Made by a program: the position numbers and the translations under genes. Below are positions 46,618 through 54,156 of a stretch of DNA of 64,000 nt, piece after piece. Below the pieces are notes generated by a model that was not told the DNA's origin, did not search any database, and worked only from the letters and a program-made list of their open reading frames with translations. Positions within the stretch are counted from its first letter, which is position 1; every line of letters begins with the position of its first letter. This stretch comes from a virus. The stretch lies in the IMG/VR virus record IMGVR_UViG_3300029893_000004, positions 11,780 to 75,779 of that record. One strand, 5' to 3'.

Positions 46618-49600
46618 TCACCTGCTCCGCCGCGTAGCGCGCCGCGTTGTTGCGCTGGCGCTGCCAAGCTCCGATGCTCGGTGCCCAAAGGGGCGGAGGT
46701 GCAGCACGAGGCGGAGAGACTTCTTGACCGTGCCAATCTTGTCCGCCACGGCGTCGAGCTTGTCGGCTGGGATGGTCCAGCGCCTGAAGTCGGCGTCCCA
46801 CCGGCCGCCCGCGGCGCGGATGGCGTCCTTGTGCGCGAACGTGTTGCCGGACAGGCCGATGCGATCGCCCAACTTCGTGACAACGATTCCGGCCCTCACG
46901 AGCTTGTCGAGCGCGTCCGCTCCGTCGCTCTCGACCGTCGCCTTGCCGCTGAGACCGCTCACGGGCGCAATCGCGGGCGCGGGCTTCTCCGCCTGCGCGA
47001 TCAGCCTGTCCGCCAAGTCGAAGGCGTCCGTGCTCTTGTTGTCCAGCCACCAGCCGGCGCTGGTCTGGCGCTTGAACGCCTCGGCTGCGTCCGCAAGGTC
47101 GTCCGGAGACTCCGCGGCGATGATCTGGAGCTTGCGCTCGCGCACGGCCTCGGCCGCGCGCACCTGCGCCTCGCTGCCGGTCAGCACCGGCATGGGGCCG
47201 ACGGCCTTGACCGCGTCGAGTATCGGCTTGAGCAGCGCCTCGCCGCGCTCTCGCACGGCCTGCAGCGCTTCCTCGTTCACGCCGCGTTGTGCGAGGATCT
47301 TGAGGTTCTCCGCGAAGACGTCGGCCCTCCCCTCCTTCGCGTTGCGCAGCGCCAAGTCGGCGAACTGGCCCTGCGCAAACGGCAGGGCCTTGATCGGGTC
47401 GGCGGGCTGGGCCTTGACGCCGACCTTCCGCGCCTCGCGCTCCCGGGCCGCCACCTGCTTCGGCGTGCCGTGCTTGCGCGCGGCCTCCAGGTCGCGCTTG
47501 GCCTTCTCGCGCGCCTTGCCGATGGCCTCCGCATGCTCCCGGTGCAGCATCGCGACGAACGCCGAGCGCTTGACCGTCTCGGTGTGCCCGCTCTCGTCGT
47601 GCCGGATGGTGACGTCGTCGCCGTCGACCTTCGTGACGTGGAAGTGCCCCTCCTTGCCCGCGTGCTTCACGCGGAACGCGGCGCCCTCGTGGATCGTGTC
47701 CTCGTGGCCGATGCCCTTGCCGGCGGTGACCGTGTAGTAGTACCTCCAGGGCCGCTTCGGGTTGCCCGTGCGCTCGCGCCGGATGTACTTGTGGCCGGCG
47801 CCCTTCGTGACGAGCTGGCTCAGGAACAGCAGGCGGCCGATCTGCTCGGGCAGTTCGTGCTCGATCGGGTGGGTGTGCATGCTCAGGCTCCGGAAAAGGC
47901 CCATCTGCCCGCGGCGGTCGCCCTGCTGGCCAGATGCCAGGTCGAGCAGGTCATCGGTGGACCGGCTGCCGCCCGCAAGGTCGCCCTGGCCGGCCGGGTT
48001 GCGCTTGGCGTGCGTCGCGAAGTCGCGGACGAACGCCGCCATCTGCACGGGCTTGTCGAGACGGTCGACCAGTACCTGCAGCAGTCGTTGCGACGTGCCG
48101 TCCAGCTTCGGCTTGCTCTCGAAGCCCTCGACGCCAAGCGCCGCGAAGCCGCCCGAGTCGCGGTCGTACTCGGAGACGCTCGTCAGGTTGCGCCGGCGCA
48201 TGTAGGCGTGCGCCTCGAGCGCCGTGCGCAGCGGCTTCTGCAGGTCGTGGCCGTTGCGAGCGGCCCGGACGAGGTGCGGCACGACGCCCGAGATCGCGGC
48301 CACGTGCTTCGGGAGCATGTCCGACAGGAGATCCGGATCGGGCAGGTAGTGCCCGACCAGCACCCGCTCGACGAACGTCTTGCCGTCCTCGTTCAGCTTG
48401 CCGTCCTTGCCGACGTACTGGCTGCGGTTGCGCCGATCGATGATGGCCTTGCCCTCGCGCGCGGACTGCAAGTCGCGCACGAAGCGAGCGCCTTCGCTGG
48501 ACGACAGGAACGCGTTGAGCGTGGGGTGCAAGGGCTCGCCAGTCTCCTTCGTGCGGTCCATGGCCGTCGCCAGCCCGTCAAGCATGGCCTCGGTCACCAT
48601 GCGGCCGCGCGCGACCTGGTCAACGCGTGGGTCCATGCCCTGGGTGAACGACTCGTTGTAGCGCCGAACGAGCACGCCCATCTGGGCACGGTCGGCGTCC
48701 GGGACGTCCACCTCGCGCACGAGGATGGGCGCCTTCATCGCGTCGACGTCGCCGTGCGCAAAGCCGAACTCGTGCGCGTGCTCTCTCAGGTAGTCCTTGT
48801 ACGCCTGCGCCTTGTCCGGCGCCTCGGCGTAGGCGAGCTGCAGGCTCATCGTGCGGCTGTTGCCGCCGAGCACCACGCCGCCGGCCGTCATGACGGGCGG
48901 GCCGTTGACCGCGTCCGGGTTCGTGTTCACGACGTAGGCCGGCTGCAGCTTGCGGGCGTTGGTGCGGACCTTGTCCTGCTCGGCCTTGTCCCGGTGGTAG
49001 GAGCGCTCCTGCACGCCCTCTGGGTAGTCCTCGCGCTGCTTGAATCCCTTGGTCGGGTCGTGGCTGGCCACGGCGTCCCCGGCCTCCACGAGCCGATAGC
49101 GGGCGCGCTGCGGCGTCGGGTTGCCCTCGGCGTCTGCGACGAACACGGTCGTTGCCGCGCCCTGGATGCCGCGCGCGTCCGGCTTGCGGGCGCCTGCTCG
49201 CTCTGCCCGCAGCGCGTCCCATCGTGCCTGCAGATCGTGCGCCTTGCCGACTTCCGGCACGTCGCGCAGGCCGGGGTACGCGTGCGCGAGCCGCTCGAGG
49301 CTCATGGACACGCGCGCGCCTAGCATGGCGGTCGCGTAGTCGATCATTGCCCGCCGCGCTGCCTCGTTGGAGCCGGCCGCCTCGATGGCGCCGAGCAGCG
49401 CCTCCGCCTTGCCCAGCTCCTCGGCCGCGTCGCGCCGCATCTCGACCAGCCGCTCGTCGAAGTCGGCCTTCGGCAGTCGCAGCGTTGCGGCCTCGACCAC
49501 GTGCGCGGCCCGCACCTTCGGCGCGCCGTCCGCGCCGCGCAGGTTCTCCGCGCCCTTGGTGATCTGCCGCGCGTTCGCGCTCACGCGCCGGCCGATCGTC

Positions 49601-50154
49601 GCGTCCGACGCCATGGCCAACAGGGCGCGCTTGGCGTCCTGCTCCCAGCCGGGCCGCGCCGCCAGGAAGCTCACGATGCGCTGGGCGTGCTCCGGGGGCA
49701 CCTTGGCCGCCGCGAAGCGCTGTGCGTACGCCTTCGACGTCGCCTGCGCGTCGTCGTGGTTGACACGCTCCGCCTCCCGCACGAACCGGCGCAGCATGCG
49801 CTCGGCGCCCGCCTCGAAGCGCGAGCGGTACACGGCCGCCATCTTCGCGTGCAGGTCGGCGTGCGTCAGCTCCTGCTCCTGGCCCGTCTCGCGGTGGCGC
49901 ACGCGCACCTTCTCATGGTCCGCGTGCACGACGTCGAGCACGCCGCCGGCGCGCGTGTTGATGCTCTCGCCCTCGACCGCGTGGCGCGCCGTCGACGCAT
50001 CGCTGTAGTAGTAGCGGTAGCCGCCGCCCGGCTTCGGGACGCGCCGGATGTACTTGTGGCCGGTGGCCTTGCCGAGCGCCTGCAGCGCAAACAGGCGGGC
50101 GCCTTCGGCCTCGGGCAGCTCGACCCATCTGGGCCTGGCGAGAGTGAGCCTCAC
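46618..50154 (-). CDS. Large polyvalent-type protein with ddrB-like ParB domain (putative head cargo)
   Basis: ARYRLVEA..AVASHD...YPEGVQERSY...VVNTNPDAVNGPPV...VLGGNSRTMSL; two GHKYIRR modules; QMGLF. Confidence 0.75.
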   Translation of the reverse strand: MRLTLARPRWVELPEAEGARLFALQALGKATGHKYIRRVPKPGGGYRYYYSDASTARHAVEGESINTRAGGVLDVVHADHEKVRVRHRETGQEQELTHADLHAKMAAVYRSRFEAGAERMLRRFVREAERVNHDDAQATSKAYAQRFAAAKVPPEHAQRIVSFLAARPGWEQDAKRALLAMASDATIGRRVSANARQITKGAENLRGADGAPKVRAAHVVEAATLRLPKADFDERLVEMRRDAAEELGKAEALLGAIEAAGSNEAARRAMIDYATAMLGARVSMSLERLAHAYPGLRDVPEVGKAHDLQARWDALRAERAGARKPDARGIQGAATTVFVADAEGNPTPQRARYRLVEAGDAVASHDPTKGFKQREDYPEGVQERSYHRDKAEQDKVRTNARKLQPAYVVNTNPDAVNGPPVMTAGGVVLGGNSRTMSLQLAYAEAPDKAQAYKDYLREHAHEFGFAHGDVDAMKAPILVREVDVPDADRAQMGVLVRRYNESFTQGMDPRVDQVARGRMVTEAMLDGLATAMDRTKETGEPLHPTLNAFLSSSEGARFVRDLQSAREGKAIIDRRNRSQYVGKDGKLNEDGKTFVERVLVGHYLPDPDLLSDMLPKHVAAISGVVPHLVRAARNGHDLQKPLRTALEAHAYMRRRNLTSVSEYDRDSGGFAALGVEGFESKPKLDGTSQRLLQVLVDRLDKPVQMAAFVRDFATHAKRNPAGQGDLAGGSRSTDDLLDLASGQQGDRRGQMGLFRSLSMHTHPIEHELPEQIGRLLFLSQLVTKGAGHKYIRRERTGNPKRPWRYYYTVTAGKGIGHEDTIHEGAAFRVKHAGKEGHFHVTKVDGDDVTIRHDESGHTETVKRSAFVAMLHREHAEAIGKAREKAKRDLEAARKHGTPKQVAAREREARKVGVKAQPADPIKALPFAQGQFADLALRNAKEGRADVFAENLKILAQRGVNEEALQAVRERGEALLKPILDAVKAVGPMPVLTGSEAQVRAAEAVRERKLQIIAAESPDDLADAAEAFKRQTSAGWWLDNKSTDAFDLADRLIAQAEKPAPAIAPVSGLSGKATVESDGADALDKLVRAGIVVTKLGDRIGLSGNTFAHKDAIRAAGGRWDADFRRWTIPADKLDAVADKIGTVKKSLRLVLHLRPFGHRASELGSASATTRRATRRSR
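46692..46951. repeat. 260-bp direct repeat, copy B
   Basis: About 93% identical to 33011-33270 by manual alignment. Confidence 0.9.
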
Positions 50155-50336
50155 GGCACCACCTCCACGGCGCCCGCGTCCGGCGCGCACTGGACCACGT
50201 CGGGCGCCGGGCGCTCGGCGGGCGGCTCGTAGCTGCCGAAAATGTCGTCGAGCGGCACGCCCAGCGCGAGCCCGACGGCTGCGGCAAGGAGCGCGATCGC
50301 GGTGCCAATCTGCTTGGCGCGGATGCGGTTGGTCAT
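50151..50336 (-). CDS. Small membrane protein
   Basis: IGTAIALLAAAVGLALGV TM; GTGA coupling to the large gene. Confidence 0.55.
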   Translation of the reverse strand: MTNRIRAKQIGTAIALLAAAVGLALGVPLDDIFGSYEPPAERPAPDVVQCAPDAGAVEVVP

Positions 50337-50536
50337 GGCGGGCTCCGAAACGCGGCGAGGCGCCTCGACGGGATGCCGGGCGCCTCGGTGCGTGGGGTGT
50401 CATGCTCGCGCGCGAACGGCGCAAGCGGGGCTGCTCGGGAGTTTAGCAGGAGTAGAGCGCGGAGTCGAGTGCAGGAGGGGTCAGCGGGAGGCCAGCGCGT
50501 CCGTCAGCGCCCGGTGCCCCGGGCCTCGTCAGTGGG

Positions 50537-51313
50537 CTAGTCGGCGATGAGCGCCAGCGCCCGGGCTCCGCGCATGGTCACGCCCCAGCCGTCCATGCGC
50601 TGCCCATCGCGGTACGCCTGCCAGTAACCGTCGCCGTCGTACCGCATGGTGACGACGGCTCCGTGCGGCACGCCCTCGGGCCTGTCGTCGCTGTACAGGT
50701 CCGCCAGCTCGCCCATGGTCGTCGCGAACCTGGGCGCGGGGCACCGCGTCGCGATGATGTCGTCGGCAGCATCGTCGTCGGGCTCGCAGCCGCCCTCGGT
50801 CAGCATGAGCCGGATCGCGTCGCCGGCCGTCTCGCCCTCGTACACGCCCAGCACGAATCCGCTCGTGGTGTTCTCGATCAGGTAGTGCGCCTTGGCGGCC
50901 GGAAGGTCGCGGCTTTCGCCCTCCTCCGCCTCCGTGCTGACCGCCTCGCCGATGCTCTCGCACCAGATGACGTAGGCGTCGGCGTCGTCCGCCTCGTACA
51001 GCGGAACGTCGCCGCTGTAGCAACGCCAGACGCCGCCCTGGACGTACTCGAACCGCACCGTCCCCTCCACCAGGCTCCCATCGGTCGGCATGCGGAGCGG
51101 TCTGTTGGCCACGGCGCGACGCATCTCCTGCAGCAGGGACGCCTCCACCTCGAACGTCGCCGGAGCGCAGCGCATCGCAGAGATGTTGTCGGTGACGCCG
51201 AGGGCGATCGCCTGGCTCTCCGCCTTGTCGAGCGCCTCCGCCGCGCTCCCCGCCTCGATGACCATGAGAGTCGGACCGAACGTCTTGCTGATCAGGTAGT
51301 GCTTGCTCGCCAT
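50537..51313 (-). CDS. Acidic early cargo protein with an internally repeated domain
   Basis: GGAG RBS; HYLISKTFGPTLMVIEAGSAAEAL vs HYLIENTTSGFVLGVYEGETAGDAI. Confidence 0.7.
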   Translation of the reverse strand: MASKHYLISKTFGPTLMVIEAGSAAEALDKAESQAIALGVTDNISAMRCAPATFEVEASLLQEMRRAVANRPLRMPTDGSLVEGTVRFEYVQGGVWRCYSGDVPLYEADDADAYVIWCESIGEAVSTEAEEGESRDLPAAKAHYLIENTTSGFVLGVYEGETAGDAIRLMLTEGGCEPDDDAADDIIATRCPAPRFATTMGELADLYSDDRPEGVPHGAVVTMRYDGDGYWQAYRDGQRMDGWGVTMRGARALALIAD

Positions 51314-51355
51314 CGTCGTCTCCATCTGGTTGGTGCCGCCGTCGTTCATGACCCA

Positions 51356-51405
51356 ACAATACACCACAGGTGAATCGGCGTCAAGGGCAAAGTTAACCAG
51401 AGGTG
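51356..51405 (-). promoter_or_regulatory. Promoter with two CACC-N3-GGTG operators
   Basis: TTGACG-N17-TATTGT; operators at 51362-51372 and 51395-51405; third copy at 51666-51676. Confidence 0.75.
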
Positions 51406-51659
51406 AATTTTTCTTCCGCGGCCCGGGCCGCGTCCACCGCCCCCGGCACCTCGGCGAGCACGTGGGCGAGGATGAACAGCCACTTCGGCGGCTGGTAGGG
51501 CTGCCCCGCCTCGGGGCCCGACTCGGCACGCGTGCCCCGCAGGGCGCGCGACATGGACGGCCGCGCCATCCCGACCAGGTCTGCTGCCTCGCTCGGTCCG
51601 AGCCCGGCCCGCTTCAGGGCGGCCCGGATCTCGGCCGCGGTCTTGATCGAGTCGCTCAA
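51393..51659 (-). CDS. XRE-like HTH repressor
   Basis: IRAALKRAGLGPSEAADLVGMARPSMSRAL; TTG start after GGAGGTG; own TTGACG promoter near 51709. Confidence 0.75.
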   Translation of the reverse strand: MSDSIKTAAEIRAALKRAGLGPSEAADLVGMARPSMSRALRGTRAESGPEAGQPYQPPKWLFILAHVLAEVPGAVDAARAAEEKFTSG

Positions 51660-51768
51660 GGTGTTCACCTCCGGTGCATCAGTGTCGCGTGGGCCTTGGT
51701 CGCCGTCAAGCCGCCGCGGACCGCCGAGGGGCTTGACCCCGTTCATCAGCCGATCCACCATCGCGGCC

Positions 51769-52347
51769 ATGAGCAGCAACCGCACCAAGCAGGACCGCAA
51801 CCGGGCCCGGCGCCTCGACCGCCAGCGCGCGCGCCAGGGCGCCGCGGAGGAAGCCGGCGACGGGCCCTCGCTGTACCACCTCACGGTCAACACCGCCCAC
51901 AGCCGGATCTCGCCGCGCTCCGAGGTGCGCGACGACGTCGTGGCGATGCTACGGCAGCGGATCGCGGAGGCGGACCTGGGCCATGTCCCCCTCGACGACG
52001 TCGAGCCGGGGGCCTTCGCGCGCCTGAGCGTCGAGCCCGACATCAGCGCCTACGGCGTCGAGCTCGGGCTGACCTTCGGCGGCGAGCGGCTGCCCGTGGT
52101 CATGTCGGTGCTGTGCGTCGACCCTGAGCACACCGCGGCCGTGTGGCGCCACGCCCAGCGCTCCTGGGCGAAGATCATGCGCGAGCTGCCACCCGTGCAG
52201 ATGCCGCCGGCGGACCGGCCGTGGCTCGCCGCCATGGTCCTCCCGTCGGCCCTTGCCCGCCAGGACGCGCTCTTCTGGATGGGCGATGCGGAGCGTTGCC
52301 TCGCCTGGGCGCTCATCGAGTCACGGGAGTGGCTCGAAGTCGAGTGA
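51769..52347 (+). CDS. Hypothetical protein, divergently transcribed
   Basis: LYHLTVNTAHSRISPRSEV...WMGDAERCLAWA; TTGACC-N17-CACCAT upstream. Confidence 0.7.
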   Translation: MSSNRTKQDRNRARRLDRQRARQGAAEEAGDGPSLYHLTVNTAHSRISPRSEVRDDVVAMLRQRIAEADLGHVPLDDVEPGAFARLSVEPDISAYGVELGLTFGGERLPVVMSVLCVDPEHTAAVWRHAQRSWAKIMRELPPVQMPPADRPWLAAMVLPSALARQDALFWMGDAERCLAWALIESREWLEVE

Positions 52348-52349
52348 GC

Positions 52350-52661
52350 CGGGGGCGGCCGGCGGAGCTCCCCCTTGTCCCAGCACCTCCGCCTCGAGGC
52401 GGCGCAGCCGGACGAGAAGCCGGCCGGCGTGCTCCTCGAGGAGCCCGGGCACGGACGTAGACGGCGTGGTGGCCGCTCGGGCCGACAGTAGATCCCCCGC
52501 CGGATCAACCACTGCGCGAGCGCGGCCGTGTCGAGCTGGTTGATCGGCACGAATGCGACCGGCAAATGAAGCGGGATCCTGGACAACAGGTCTCGCGGGT
52601 AGGTGTCCGGGAACCGAAGCTGTCCCGCTTCGAGCGCCTCTTCCAGCCATCGAGCCATCAC
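52350..52661 (-). pseudogene. N-terminal fragment of an ImmA/IrrE-like protein
   Basis: FPDTYPRDL...LPVAFVPINQLDT..L.QWL.RRG...RRLR breaks before any HExxH motif; frame then changes. Confidence 0.55.
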
Positions 52662-53026
52662 TGCGAGTCCTCCGAATCCTCGCGGTCGTGGGCAGCCATC
52701 AGGAGCTCGCGGTCGCCCGCATCGTGGTGCGGCGCCGCGAGTGCCGCTACCGCATCAGCGCGGCGGATGAGGGCTGCCAGCCGGTGTGCCTCGAGTCCGA
52801 AGCGCTGGGCGACGCGCGCGACGTCGTCGGCGAAGCGGTCCTCCGACGGCGCACGGCAGAGAGAGAGCCAGCGGAGCGTCTCAGACGCGCAGCCGAGCTC
52901 GTTGGCGATATCGTCGTCGGAGAGGCCTTCGAGCTCGCAGCATCGGGAAAGGACCCGGCCCAGGGTCCAGGGTTCCGTTCGGGCACGCTCGGCGGCGAGG
53001 CCAAGCCAGCTACGTTCCTTCCTCAT
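52658..53026 (-). CDS. Intact middle gene of a sigma-factor/ImmA-IrrE-like cassette (HTH-like)
   Basis: LSDDDIANELGC..ETLRWLSLCRAP...FADDVARVAQRFG...LLMAAHDRE; coupled on both sides. Confidence 0.65.
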   Translation of the reverse strand: MRKERSWLGLAAERARTEPWTLGRVLSRCCELEGLSDDDIANELGCASETLRWLSLCRAPSEDRFADDVARVAQRFGLEAHRLAALIRRADAVAALAAPHHDAGDRELLMAAHDREDSEDSQ

Positions 53027-53315
53027 CGCGCAACCTCGCTCCAAGGCGCTCGAGCACTTTGACGAGGCGGTCGCGATGGCGCTTCACCTCGCGCTGGCGC
53101 TCGAGCTGCGGAAGCCCCTGGAGCCCCAGCGCCTCTGCCAGGGCCTCCGTCGAGCGCTCCCCATCGAGGATCAGCGCCAACGCCGCGCGATCGCGTTCGT
53201 CCTGTAGTGCTCGTTCGACCTTCTGCCATAGCTCTCGGGCCTCCACGACCCGCTCCATCCTTTCCTTCGGAGCCGGAGCACGAAGTTCGACAACGACACC
53301 GAACTCCTGCTCCCG
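53010..53315 (-). pseudogene. C-terminal fragment of a sigma-70/ECF-like factor
   Basis: REQEFGVVVELRAPAPKE...ERDRAALALILDGERSTEALAEALG...EVKRHRDRL; no N-terminal region 2. Confidence 0.55.
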
Positions 53316-53519
53316 TAAGGTGGGACCGGAACTCCCACAGAGTACGCAACTGTTCAGGACAGATATTGATGGCAGCTGTGTGGAGTATGCAAAGACCGAG
53401 ACGCTTCGGTATTTCTCCGTCGGTGAGGAGATCGAGCCAGGGGACTTCGTTGAAGGAAAGAGGGTCGTTTCCGACTAGGTAACTCGACGCTGCGCAACAC
53501 ACGGCGTTTCCGACCATCT

Positions 53520-53700
53520 TCACGCGGCGTCCGTCAGTCCCCTCAGCGCCCCCGCATGCCCCGCCTCCACCGCCCAGAGCTTCTGTCGCCCGCGCACGCC
53601 CCGGATGGGCTCGCCGAGCGGCCGCACCTGGTCGAGGTGCCACAGCACAGGCCCGAAGGCCCACGGGGACACGCTTTGGATCGCGCAACCGCGCGCGATC
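53520..53700 (-). pseudogene. Frameshifted C-terminal remnant of an ASCH-domain protein
   Basis: SPWAFGPVLWHLDQVRPLGEPI then a frame change to RQKLWAV...*. Confidence 0.55.
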
Positions 53701-53727
53701 GTTGTGAAAGTGCCTATCCTGGGCCCT

Positions 53728-54156
53728 TCAACCCCGCTCGTAGATCCGCCGCACCGTGATCACCTCCACCAGCCGCGGCTTGCGCTCGGGCTCGCGCGGC
53801 GGCACGGGGTCGCTCTGCCGCTCCATCATCCGTCGCCTGCGACGCGCGGGCTGTTCCTCGCGCGCGTTGCCGGGCTGCGCCGGGGGCTGCCAGCCGTCGT
53901 GCGGCGGACGAACGGTGATGAGCTGCGGGAGCAACCCCTCCTCCGACGGCACCGCCACGATGAAGCGCCAGCGCGGGCCCGTGCCTCGGTGGACGTACAG
54001 CAGCGCGCCCGAGTCGAGCTGCTTGCGCAGGTCTGCCGTCTGCGACGCCGAGATCAGGCGGGTAAGCGCCCCCTCGTAGCTCATGCCGCCGCCCGTCAGC
54101 TCGATGAAGCGCTCGACGGCGTGCGGGGTGATGAACCAGCGGCCGGATGCGGTCAT
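53728..54156 (-). CDS. Small protein with a WFITPHAVERF motif (RelE/DUF4258-like fold candidate)
   Basis: ATGA-coupled to the radical SAM gene; GGAGG RBS. Confidence 0.6.
   Translation of the reverse strand: MTASGRWFITPHAVERFIELTGGGMSYEGALTRLISASQTADLRKQLDSGALLYVHRGTGPRWRFIVAVPSEEGLLPQLITVRPPHDGWQPPAQPGNAREEQPARRRRRMMERQSDPVPPREPERKPRLVEVITVRRIYERG

Noticed and set aside
46660-46700. Programmed -1 frameshift joining the large protein to 46004-46564
   Set aside because: The C CCT TTG heptamer is not in the translated frame; the break coincides with the end of the duplicated segment, so it is more likely a recombination junction
33011-46951. DGR template/variable repeat pair
   Set aside because: The 18 mismatches show no adenine bias on either copy (A in 5 of 18 for B and 3 of 18 for A on the coding strand), and no reverse transcriptase is in the window
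16-49323. Very long plus-strand ORFs (e.g. 11000-13834, 18447-20942, 45808-49323)
   Set aside because: Antisense shadows of high-GC3 genes, with no RBS or recognisable motifs
50509-50532. Hammerhead ribozyme (CUGACGAG + stem)
   Set aside because: The stem is present but the required GAAA core does not follow it
53023-53688. ORF with VKMVGNAV read as a cytosine methylase C-terminus
   Set aside because: It spans several unrelated fragments on both strands, and no other Dcm motifs are present
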